A DNA stretch of 64,000 nucleotides from positions 1,488,001-1,552,000 of the forward strand of contig JAYWIR010000038.1 in the NCBI GenBank assembly GCA_036172245.1. The letters run 5' to 3'. The position numbers and the translations under genes were made by a program. Below, piece after piece: positions 13,101 to 23,600 of this stretch. The notes under the pieces are model-generated. The model ran no database searches. It saw only the letters and a program-made list of their open reading frames with translations, and was not told where the DNA came from. Position 1 is the stretch's first letter; each line of letters begins with the position of its first letter. This DNA is from Raillietiella orientalis (lineage: Eukaryota).

Positions 13101-16100
13101 TTCGAGAGATTCTCAGGTGTTCGTTCGCTACGGATTCTGAATCTTCCGATGTTCGGATGCATTCCAGCAGTATTGTTTGTTCGAGAACACACACTTCTTC
13201 TTGTTGTGCTATGCTTGCTTCTCGAGAATTCTCAATTCAAGGAGGAAGACAGGAGAGAGAGTCTGTCCTCAATACATGGTCTATTTCTTCTGTATTGCAT
13301 ATTTCAACGTACTCGATGAGTATCCTCAAGAGTAGCCGACGTCCCGCATTGATTACCTTGAGAGAAAGAGACCTGGCTTCGAGTTGGAATCTTTTCCAGG
13401 AACAGTGTGGTTCGTGGCTGTCAAACTCCAGTGTTTCAAAGTAACCTTTTCCATCTGGATCACCATCTGGTCATTTCTTCCCTTCATTGCTATCCGGCTA
13501 TTCACGCGACTGTTGAGAATGTGGCTTAGCGACTCTTCCCATCTTTCGTTCCTTCTTCGGAGGCTATGAGTACCGTACCTGATGGGCTGCGTTCCCTCAT
13601 ACTGAAGGATGGGTTGTAATCTGTAATTTGAAACTGGAGATGTGTTTACCATCTGACAGAAAACGCACGCTCCATCGCGTCGTGGCGATCAAGGCCACGA
13701 CTGAAAACGTGGTCAAACGCGACCACCGAAGGCGTGATCGACTCGACGATCAATGCCACCGAAGGTCGCGACATTGCTGCCCTCTCTAAAAAAAAGGAAA
13801 AGAAAAGGTGAGGGTAGCGTGCAAGAACTGCTTCAATTGTTTTCTTTTATTCTTACTGGATGCCTCATTTCAATTTTGGATTCTCGTCCCTTTTTCCTGC
13901 GTTCTTCCTTGGGGCCGGATGCCTCCTAACGCAGGACATGGCCTTTCCTTCATCCGAGCGTTTCGTGACGAGGAATGCCTCGCACTGAAGTGCGCACAGA
14001 ACTCGGGGTGATTCCCATTCTCAAGTGCACCTCGCGTGTTGACTGTCTGAATGTAATATCTCGGGTGTTTTCTCTTTCAAACGTTTGTCTTATCCTGACT
14101 GGTTATGATTCTTGTTTTTCCCAACCTTCTGATGATTCGATGTTGGCCCTCGGTTTGTTTCATCTTCTGTCGATCGCTCCGGACATGAAATCCTTCACAT
14201 CCTCATCGGTTGGTGGTGCTTCTTCGTCTCTAACCTCAACGTCCTCCGAATGAATCCACCCCTGCCCTGCTCGGAGAGATCAGGAGCTTGAAGCAACGGT
14301 CATACGAGGAGTTCTCGACCTCGTCGAGCGGTGTCGGCACACCGAGACATCCGCTGATCCATCTACATGCGTGTGGTTGCATGCGCAGCTGCTCCCATTG
14401 TCTCGTCTCCATGGAGTGATTCCATTACGAGGATAACCCATGCTATCTCCTTCCGATTTGTTCTACCTGTTTCTTGGGAATTCTTCTAATTCCCTTAACA
14501 CCACACCACTTCGCAAATCTCAAGACGCCAGAGATGGCTCTGCGATTGCTCTCGAGGTCGCAGCATTCCAAATTGAAGGCAAAGAGGGGAGCTGATCCTC
14601 CACACTGGTCCTTTTCTTCTAGAGCCACTTCTGAATGCACGTGAGGACAACTGGCTTCCGGTATGATTCCCTTCGCCTCTCAGCACCGGATCCTTTCATC
14701 TCCATCCACGTCCTTCTCGTGATCCTCGTGCATTCGAAGCGCACACTTCAGTTTTCTTTTGCCCTGAGTGTTGCAGCCTTCCACTTTGATCCTTGGCAGA
14801 CAGAGTAAAGAACTGATCCCAAACATTCGCTCTCCCAATTCAGTGAATCGTTCTCAGAAATTTTTTTATTGTCTTTCCTCTTCCGACGGCGCCAAAATTC
14901 GATTATTCAAAATTTCGCCCTGGGAAGGATACCGGAGGCGTGATGCAGACGGAGGCTGTCACCACGTTACAGACATTTCTGAGCTCAGTGGCGCCAAGGA
15001 AACCCTCGGAGGAGTTGTGCCTTAGTACACGCTTCGGCTGTACATATACTAAAATGGGGAGGATACAGATAAGATTAGTATGGCCGCTGCACAAGAATGA
15101 CACGCGAAATCGCGAAGCGTTCCACATCTTCACGCCCGCATTGGCCGCCGTGTGGCTGTAGTCTCCTCCGCACGTGGCACAAAGCCTTGTGGGTTTGAAT
15201 CCCGCTCAGGAAAGCCATCGAAGACGAGAAATGGGTGCGTCGTGGGTTTTGATTCCACTTTCCTTCCCCCATCAAGTTATCCTCGGTTGGCTTCGGGGGC
15301 GGCACTGGTGGGAATCGAAAGCCTCGTTGACTGGCCAGTTGACCTTCCAGGGTCCTTTCAGGAACCAAGGAATCGGTTCCCTTCAGGGCTTCCCTCCGGT
15401 TGCAAAAAGGGAGACGTACCATGGAGCTTCTCGATATTCCCCTTGTGGTGTCGCCTCTCCAGAGCCCAAAGAAGCGCGCTGCTCCCTTCGGGGAGTTCCC
15501 TTCAGCGAAATTGGAAAGGGGTTCTCTACAGAGGAAGAGGAAACGAGGAGCGGCTCCCTTGCAGGTTCCCTCTGGAAGAGAAATTCCAGGAGCGGATCCT
15601 TTCCGGGTTCCCTTCGGAGGAGAAAAGAGGAGTGGCCCCCTCCGCAGGAAAGGTTAAGGTCAAGGAAGAGGAGGTTTCCTTAGGGGTTCAATTTGGGGAC
15701 AACAAGGAAGAGGATTCCCTCCGAGGTCCCTACGAAGCGTCAGGGGAACGGACTCGTTCATCCAGAGCCTTCCTGGATTCATAGGGTGGTCCCTCCAGGG
15801 TCGCCCCCTAACTTGAACAGCTGCACGCACCCTCGGGTAGAGCGGGCGGTGTTTAAGGAGTTATGCCTCCACTGATTGATCTTTGAGGTCTGTCATAAGG
15901 AGGGCTTGTTTTGATTGGGCACATGCCGGAAATTCTTGCACCTAGGGAAATGAGAGCTGTGTCCCTTAAAGGGATCATTTCAATAGTCAAACTTGACCGA
16001 ATTCACGAATAAGTCGATTTCAACTCCCGTGGGTTAATGATAATGATTGACGCGTCCGACGTGGGTACTCGAGAGAAGAGCAGTCTCATCCTTGTTTTCT

Positions 16101-16572
16101 ATTTTAGATACGACGTACGCGTGGGTTGTCGTCTTCGTCCTGCCAGTGAACTCAGCCATCAACCCATTTCTGTACACCTTCACGACGATGAAGTTCCGCG
16201 TGAAGATCCTCCAGATATTCAAAGAGCTTCTGTCCATCTTTTCGAATGATCTCAGCTCAACGTCAGCAAAAGGTGGGTCATGTGAAAGATGGATGGAAGC
16301 ATGGTGCGGCCTGAGAGGCACAGAACACCACAGTGATTGTTAACCGGGCAGACTCCGTAGAAGATCTTGAAGTTTCTCGCCTGTCTTCCAAGTGCCTTCG
16401 CCATCGGAGCTTCCATTCCGGGACTTTTGATCCGAAATTAAGAGGCATTCAGGAATTTACGGAGGAGGCTGGACTCTCTTTCCATGATTTTCTTGCGTTC
16501 GCGGACGTCCCTGTTCCGAAAGACATTGTAACCGAAAGCTCTTCCTCAACTCTGAAACACCATCTGTGGTAA
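1037..16572 (+). CDS. Type-C LRR-containing GPCR (relaxin receptor RXFP/Lgr3/Lgr4-like), 5'-partial, 10 exons: 1037-1108, 1369-1440, 1497-1564, 1669-1830, 1877-2022, 2067-2214, 9490-9619, 9699-9901, 16108-16272, 16352-16572
   Basis: All introns are GT..AG and phases join in frame. Spliced product: two LRRs, hinge FYKFRYCSYLPAVRQCSPNTDGISS, TM1-TM7 including NLAAADLIMGLY, TVDRF, FYGRNSMCFPLH, RFFFIVFTDFLCWMPII and LPVNSAINPFLYTFTT. These are characteristic RXFP-family motifs. N-terminal exons were not found in the window. Confidence 0.93.
1369..1440 (+). CDS. LGR exon: leucine-rich repeat
   Basis: 72-bp exon, cccag|...|gtgagt, encodes KLKGIHLHSVDPQVFAPLKSLWDV. Confidence 0.88.
1497..1564 (+). 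CDS. LGR exon: cysteine hinge
   Basis: aag|...|gtgagt, encodes MFYKFRYCSYLPAVRQCSPNTDG, resembling the RXFP hinge. Confidence 0.88.
1669..1830 (+). CDS. LGR exon: TM1 to start of TM2
   Basis: tag|...|gtaggg, encodes ISSISRLMDSRVLRHAIWLMAILTTSGNLLVICCR...FIRNLA. Confidence 0.93.
1877..2022 (+). CDS. LGR exon: TM2-ECL1-TM3
   Basis: caag|...|gtaaac, encodes ADLIMGLYLFSIAGLDSVYKNSYYRYAHIWKSSWGCRFIGAIALTSTE. Confidence 0.93.
2067..2214 (+). CDS. LGR exon: TM3 (DRF) to TM4
   Basis: tag|...|gtgagt, encodes VSILILTVMTVDRFLSITFPFRNY...LLWIWTAGIGIGLYP. Confidence 0.93.
7612..8440 (+). mobile_element. tRNA-headed SINE-like element, copy 1 (intronic)
   Basis: A-box-like TGGTCAAGG and B box GGTTCGAAT; body aligns with the copies at 15134, 26478/29549 and 57518(-), e.g. 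GCTCCCTTCGGGAGC and CCTGGATTCATAG. Confidence 0.85.
9490..9619 (+). CDS. LGR exon: ECL2 to TM5
   Basis: tttcag|...|gtaagt, encodes FYWKYNVDFYGRNSMCFPLHLDDLNEPGSEYTMFVFLGINSAG. Confidence 0.93.
9699..9901 (+). CDS. LGR exon: TM5-ICL3-TM6
   Basis: tag|...|gtacgc, encodes MALICVAYILMFVNIRATRR...MAIRFFFIVFTDFLCWMPIICMKILLLFDVRIT. Confidence 0.93.
10750..11450 (+). mobile_element. Possible highly decayed non-LTR reverse transcriptase remnant
   Basis: Scattered, frameshifted motifs in RT order: ANIDLLP, KYGFLPRGDRDCTF, ESFDDI. Confidence 0.25.
15025..15130 (+). pseudogene. U6: Full-length U6 snRNA copy, probably a retro-pseudogene
   Basis: GTACACGCTTCGGCTGTACATATACTAAAATGGGGAGGATACAGATAAGATTAGTATGGCCGCTGCACAAGAATGACACGCGAAATCGCGAAGCGTTCCACATCTT aligns end to end with U6; ACAGAGA box reads ACAGATA and the AGC triad reads AGT. 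Confidence 0.92.
15134..15868 (+). mobile_element. tRNA-headed SINE-like element, copy 2, fused 3 nt behind U6 and 3'-shortened
   Basis: Starts GCCCGCA like the copy at 26478; B box GGTTTGAATCC; hairpin array 15480-15740; lacks the last segment seen in the other copies. Confidence 0.85.
16108..16272 (+). CDS. LGR exon: TM7 and helix 8
   Basis: ttttag| encodes TTYAWVVVFVLPVNSAINPFLYTFTTMKFR. The donor at 16273 (gtgggt) is inferred; without it the frame stops at 16343. Confidence 0.9.
16352..16572 (+). CDS. Probable last LGR exon (C-terminal tail)
   Basis: gcag| phase-compatible with the 16272 donor; Ser-rich open frame DSVEDLEVSRLSSK...HHLW ending in TAA. No conserved motif supports it. Confidence 0.5.
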
Positions 16573-18329
16573 CCTGGTACCATGGGGAGAGAAGCAGTTG
16601 AAAGCTGGCCTTGCAGAGCGTCCTTGATTTGGCTTGAGGCGAATGCAAGAACTGAGAGCTCACGTCCGAGATTTGCCGCGCTCGCTCGCTCATCGAAATT
16701 GGGCACCAATTTACGGAATTTACGGAGCACCACCACGTCAGCGCAACTCACGTTCCACATTCTCGCATGCATATCACTGGGAAGCACCGACGATGACTCA
16801 GCTCTCAAGTGCTTGGATTTTCTTTTCCTCTTTTTCATTCGAACGGATTCGTTCAAATTTGGTACATATATTTCGAAGGATTCTTCGGTTCCTTTTGCTT
16901 TCGGCCGCCCGTTTAAAGACTCGCCAACGGCAGTTTTTCCTCCAGATGACCCAGAATGTGCTGCTCCCAGTGCATGTCGCAGCTATGCCGAATGCTGCGG
17001 AGCGGAATCCCGTTCTTCGTGTTTTATTCTTTCCAGAGGTAATCTTGTCATTTCTCAGGATCCAGCCTCCCGAGAACCCTTCCGCTAAGCCTCTGTTCTC
17101 ATCAAAAGCCAGTCTCTTTCTTGTGGGCTCTCGTTCTTTTCTCAGTAAGAGACTCATTCTTTGTAGACGGAAGAAGAGGCAGCTTTCTTGTTGTCCGGCT
17201 TTTTCCGATTCTGCCACAAATCTGGGCAGACAGAGTCGGTTCTCTTTCTGGAACCGTGTCTGAGCCACCTCATGGAAGACTCTGGGTCGAGACCACCAGC
17301 TTTCATTATCCCTTGATTACTACCTCGGTTCAAAAAGCCACATTCTCACGGTCAGTGATCGGGCGGTGCCCATGCGCCATGCCTTGGGCTTTTCAGGTCA
17401 GGATTTCAGCTTTCAGAGTCTCAGCCCACTGCGAATGGCCTTCGAAGGAATCAAAGGTCACGAGCAGAGCTGAAAGGGTCGTGATGACACAGGTGGGTGT
17501 TGTTTTGAGAGAGCACAGAGTAATGAGAACGGAAGAGCACTCCATGATCGATTCATGGGAGAATCTTGCCCCAAATGCTAATTCCTGTGCGTCTCTCAAT
17601 GAAATGGTGCTCCTGGGCTGCATGGCAACGGCCCAGTCCACAGTGACAAATAAGATACTAATGTCCTGGTTCCTCAAATTTTGTCCATTACTGTTCGTGT
17701 GTCCCACGTGAATTTCCCTTGCTAAAAGAGCCGTAACCGATCGTTGGCTTCATTATAGGTTGGAATTTTCTGTTAGGGAGGAGCCAGAAAGTTTCGCAAG
17801 AGTGTACCTCAAATCATCAACATCGGAAGAGAGTTTTAACTTGAACTCCTTTCTTTCCTCTCTTTCCCTAACCCTCTCTTTCTCTCTGACTTCGAAACTG
17901 CATGGTTTCTGAACGGAAGGTGAATCTTGCACTGCAAAGTTTCTTCCTCGCTATTTACGATCCAATCAGCTTGAAGGAAATTCCGTCAAATGATCAGGAG
18001 ATCACAGGCATTCCAATGTAGCCACCGAGGGGCCTTGATCTATACACGCCGAAAACATAAGGCACACAAAAGCGGAAAGTTGATCTGCATGAAAACGCTT
18101 GTCTGTTCGCGACGTTGTGACCGTTAGACGGGTCAGAGACTGCAGCGATGCAGGGATCAAGTGACACTGACAAATCCTGAAGGCTTTTGAATACCAGCCA
18201 TGACTAAAGATTGGTTCTTGAATCGTTAAGTGGAAGGTGGCTCACTGTGCCGGAGGGCTCTCTGTGTGGATGCTTATGTGTGTGGCTTGTGATACGGAGC
18301 GGTTGTTTTATGCATACCCATTAGTGATT

Positions 18330-19960
18330 CGTCGCGTCTTCTTCAGACACTTTGGATCTTTGTGGCCAGTGGGTAGCCAAGCCGGAAACGGAACTGTGCC
18401 AAGATTTCACGACGGAAAAAGCTATCTTGGATGAATGCAGCAGCCGTTGCTGAGAAACCAGCGAAACACCGAAGACGCCACAAACGACACTTCCAGATTG
18501 CCACGCCTGAGCATTTAGTGAGAACCTTTCCACGAAGAGTCAGGTCGCGAACACGCTGGAATGGAAAGCGCTCTCGGATCCACCTGGCAGCGAGGGCAAC
18601 ATCAACATTTTCCACCAACTTCTTCCTCCATTCTCCAAACACGTGCTTCCTCTGATCCACATCGCCAACATGTTTTGGATGACCTTAAGATCCTTTTGGA
18701 TCGAAACTGTCCCTGCAGACATACCTTATACTCGTATTCTAAATACTTGAGAATAAAACCTTCCTCTGCTGCTAGCACAGGGTTCCAAAATCGTTGCCAT
18801 CACCTCTGGTTTGATGGAATTTTTTCTTGCTGCATGGATAGGAACCCTTGCTCCCTCCCCCTATTCCACAGTTTCCAGAACCGTTCGGTTAAGCTTTTCC
18901 AGACTGCACCCCATTGTGAAATTCCATCCTCTCACCACCTTAGCCATTGCTATTCGTGCACATCTGTATCTTGCTCAGCATGAATGATAATCCGAAGACC
19001 ACGATCCTTCCAAGGTGTGTGTGACCCAATAAAAGCCAATCAGCGTGGGCGAACGGTGGAAGAGAGTTCTCATGCTGGAAGCTCTTAGGAACATCTGCTC
19101 CGAAGCAGCAGTTCGAACTTCTGGGTGCACAACTTGCCCAGAGCGTCCCCGAGAATCCGACTCCACCTTTGCTAGGATCGCCTTCTTTTCTCCCTTGTGT
19201 GGCGTCCCTGTCATCTCTCTTTTGCGTCATTGTGGGAAGCATTGAATCCCTCATGAAGACGCTTGAGCAAGGAAGACGGGATTTCCCAAGGAGTTGGCGT
19301 CGGAGTCGTATCGCAGAACCAAAGTCGGGCTTCAATGGAAGATTCCATTAAAGATGGCCGCTTACCTATTCGCTTCGACGAGTATCTAACGGCCATTGGG
19401 AACGCCTGTCCAGCCGTTGAGGATTTTTCCAGTCTGAGAACATCTCTCTTCTCTCTGTCCGTCAACGGCAAGTCTTGACCATCCGCGTCCGAGTGAAGAG
19501 CACTTGGAGGAACTTCTGCCTAGGCGCTCACCCTTCGCAATAATCGTTCATTCCTTCTAGCAGACAGGTTCCTTGAATTCTTCACCAGCAGCAGCGCGAA
19601 CCAAAACCCTGCGTGATGGACGGGCGCACGAGAACCCAATCGAGCACACGTTTCTTGAGCACTTTGGTTCCAGACTTCTTTCCGCGAAATGCGGCTTCTT
19701 CGCTGCCTTGGAGGATGTGCTTCAGCGCATCCTCCAAGGAACCACAAGTCCAGTTTCAGGAACGGGAACCACAAGACCAGTTTCCCAATGGTCGCACCTA
19801 CAAGAACCTACAAGCGCGAGAAGTTTAAAGAGATATTCCTGCATGACCGCAACCTTCGCCAGTAGAGTCCATCGTCCACTAACAGCCTTCACCATCTGCA
19901 ACGTTGGGGCATCGGAGAGCCTCTTTGCGGGGGGGGGGATAGAAAGCTGATTTTGAGGGA
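18330..19960 (-). mobile_element. Decayed L1/Tx1-like LINE ORF2 remnant
   Basis: Ordered, frameshifted fragments on the minus strand: QEYLFKLLALVG, SIEARLWF...LLKRL, KGGVGF, WQRFWNPVL...CWRCGSEE/HVFGE (C-terminal zinc-knuckle-like). Confidence 0.5.
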
Positions 19961-22789
19961 AAAGCGGATCTCCCCCCGGAAGACGCTCTGCTCCTCGGAG
20001 CAGCTACTAGTTCTGACGCATGATGAGGGTGTGTTGCCTCAGGACTGCCCTCTTTTCGATTGCGGGCAATTCTCTCAAGGGCTTCTAGGTGGTTTCCATG
20101 ATGGAGATCGGCAAAAGACCCCTTCTCTTTCAAGGATCCCTCTATTTGCTGCTCCCCTGCGCGTTTCGTCCGGACGGTGTTCTTGTTCACAAGGCTGCTT
20201 TCTTTTGGAAGCCGCGACGGAGCTTACCGCAAAGCCCTCCCTCCTCCCCCAGCGCGGTCGCACCTGTCAGATCGATCTCCTACGACTCGCAACGCTGATT
20301 TTTCCGGAAGCGCTTTCGGGACCGAAGGGAAGCCGGTTTCGTTTTTGCAGGGGAAGTTTCTTAAGAACTAGCGGGAAACCGCTTCGTCCGGTAACTTCTC
20401 GCCTCGTGTTCATTGAAAAGGCGGAAGATTTTATCCGCCCCGCCCTCCGATTAAGATTGATGGCACGCAATGAATCTTCGACCGTGGGCTCTTCTCGAGA
20501 ATCCAGTGCTCCCCGTGCCTTCCCCTGCTGCCGCCGCACGATCGCAGAGCTTTCTCGAACGCCTCTTTGGACATGCATGGAGGTTCGTCTCTCCTTGCTC
20601 TGTGGGGCAAAGTCATCGTGAAAACGCCCTTCCTTTTTTTTTCCCACAGGCACGAGATTTCGTGGCAACCGCCCGATCCGTTCCCTCCCCCTTCAGTTCG
20701 AGCGACGCTTTTCTGCGAGTCTCACGAAAGGTGAAAGGCGGCGTCAGGCAGAGGCAGTTCGACGCAGGCAGTAAGGGATCTTGTTGTGATCAGACAAACC
20801 GGAAGGGAAGCATTTCGAAAAATGCATTCCAATATCCAAAGGAGAACTCACCTTTGTTGTGAAATGGTCATATCGCACCTTTAGGAACTGTTCTCGTTGA
20901 GAAAGGTGCGAAACGACCCGCCACCAAACAGGTTCCCTTCTAACAGGCCGCAAAATAACAAAGCATCCTTAAGCTCTGCACGCTTTTTTTTTTTCTTTTT
21001 TCCCCCCATCAGAGTTCTTGTCATCAACGTGGGAAGGGAGTTTGGCCCGTCTTTCACATAAGAATGGCAATAAACGGAACTTCTTCAGGTAATCGGGACA
21101 GATTCCTGAAGCTGAAGTTGCCTTTCCGTACGCTCCGTCGACTTTTCCAGATGCACAGCGCTCTTTCCCTTCAGAAAGGTCAAAAAGTCAGAAAGCATGG
21201 GGCGAAGCAAAGGAGTCGGATTCCGGAGCTGCTGACCTTTCAAAAACTTCCAGAATTACATGCCAAATCCCTGAGGTTGTTTTCCTGTATGCTTGTGCCT
21301 CCTTCCCCCCTTCCGCTTCCCCACTTGAGAGGAGAGAACCTCTCATCTATATGGCCCGGGTCGCCTGTCCAACCAAGTCGGAAAGGATGGTTTTCCGTTA
21401 CGAGCTAGAAATTCCGGTTTGGGAAATTTCACTTGGAGCACCCCTCGCGTCCAAAACGTAAGGGAGCGGGATCGAAGCTTCCCTTCTGCTTGCACAATTT
21501 GCCGGAACCAAGAAATAGTTTTCCTTGATTCATCAGCATGAGGAGTACCTGTTTTCTTTTTTCATCGCGGAGGGCATGGTTGCCATAGCACCGAGACAGG
21601 CAGAGTTCCAAATGAGCTCCGGTCCTTTTTCCGCACTCCCATCGACGCGGACAGTTATCATTGGCGAGCCTAAGGACCCGTTCTTCCTGGGAACCATCCA
21701 CGGATCCTCGTGTCGCCTTTGCTTGGAATTAGAAATGCTTGTCGAGGATTGCTCGATCCCTTGAAAGATGAAAGGCACTCGTTCCAAGCGAATCTGGAAC
21801 AGTTTCCCCTCTTGGATGTGCCTTTCAGAGTGCGCGCCTTGTTCTCCCACCAGTCTTCCCCACCTGGAATTCCGGCCAGTATCTCTTGCTTCAGCCAGTT
21901 CTTGGTCAGTTACCACGTGGATATCCAAAGATGAAAAGTCTAGGAAAAATCCACACGATCCATACTCCCGAAAATCCATAAAGGCAGGTTCTCTAAGTCG
22001 TCGATCAGGAAGCAGCAGGCCGAATTATTGTTCCCAGAGATCCCTCAAGCTCGTTTCTATTCATCTAAAACCAGTGGTTTGATTTTTCTTTTCTGTGATA
22101 GTCTTGCAGGGTTCCTTCTTGCCAACTATTCCTACCACTGTTCTTTCGTCTGTGTCATTTTCCTGGAGTCTCGGATGGTGGCCCTTGGTTTCGTCCCCAC
22201 GATTCCTATCTCTCAATTCACGTCCCGCATCATGAGAATTCCGAGTGCTGCTGCCTCGCCATGATCTCACAGAGCTCTCGAGTCTCAGAGCTGTCAGGTC
22301 TCAGAGTTCAGGCAGCATCTCCTGCATCCCGATCTGCAGTGGTCTCCCCCGTCCAATCCAATGCGTCAAAACTCGGAAGTCGTCCGCCTTGATCACCTGA
22401 TCGAGATGTTTGACCCTGATCAGATGACCAAGGAGGATGACGCCAATACCTTTAATCAGGGTCTCTTCGCAACCCCTTCTGGCAAGTGTTTGACGCTCGG
22501 AATTCCAACTGTGCTTTCGGACGGCGGAAAGAATTTTCACGTGCCTAACTTGTTGTCCCCACACTTTGGTGTGTTCCACCTACGCGTAGAATGCCAATGG
22601 GGGATGCTCGTCAGCCTGCAAGACGGCAACACCGTCACGCTAGTTCGAGATGGTGGAATGGACCCTAGAACGCTGGTCAAATGAACAAACCGACTGTCAC
22701 GAACAAGGATGCACTGCGATCGCACTTAATTGCGGAAACACGTATCGGCAAAAGTGTCGATTATCCAGGAGATCTGTTAATCTCTTTAT

Positions 22790-23600
22790 TTAATGCTGTG
22801 TGGCCAAATGTTGATGTTTTTGCAAGTTGAGAATGCATTGCTATATGAAATCATTTCTGTTGTAACTGTAATCATGTCGCAATTAAAAGAGCGGAGAAGA
22901 CTCAACACAAAGTCAGTAGCTTCTTTGAAAAGATATAATCAGGAGATAGCTGAATACAGCTACAAGAAAATCCAATGTTCAGGAGAGGAGCAAATTCTGG
23001 ATTCAACAGAAAAGCAGCTTTCTGAAAACGCCTTATAGCACAGAAACGGCTTTAGAAAAAGTTACTACAGGAAGTAAGTTTCGATTTCTTGTAGAATTTT
23101 ACTGATTCTGATAATTAAGGGTGTTAACACTCCCCAGTGCGGCCAGACTGTGTCAGAACCCTTCATCAAATAACTCTCAAAATGAAACTTGAAAAAAAAT
23201 TTCGACCTTGTTAATCCTGATCATTTATCTGGAGGGAGGATTCAGATCTGATCAGTTTCCTTTTCAAATCCCATCATTGAAATGATTTTATTGGACTGCC
23301 GCCCAACATAAGGGAAAGTGCGAAGTGTATTGGACCTCTGAATCGCGGCGTATTTGAAATGGGATGGGTTGCCACCTTTCCCGAACGAGTGTGGAGATGC
23401 ACAAACACGAAAGGCTTTACCGGAAACTGGAGACTGATTCAGTTCTTTCGTGACGGGTCCAATCCCAGTGCATCTGCGCCTTTATCGAACGGCGGTTCTA
23501 GTTGCCTTTCTAGCTTAAGTGGACGCTGCAGTCTGTCGTAACTGAGGCAACCTCAACGATGCCCGCAAAGCTGCAGATCGGATTGTCATGAAAAGTGACC
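22790..23600 (+). mobile_element. hAT transposase C-terminal remnant
   Basis: FLQVENALLYEII...LKERR followed by AFIERRF*LPF*LKWT...AKLQIGL, resembling the hAT dimerisation motif; contains stops. Confidence 0.5.

Noticed and set aside
13685..13772. Recurring CGATCAA-GCCAC and CCACCGAAGG motifs
   Set aside because: Too short and irregular to assign.
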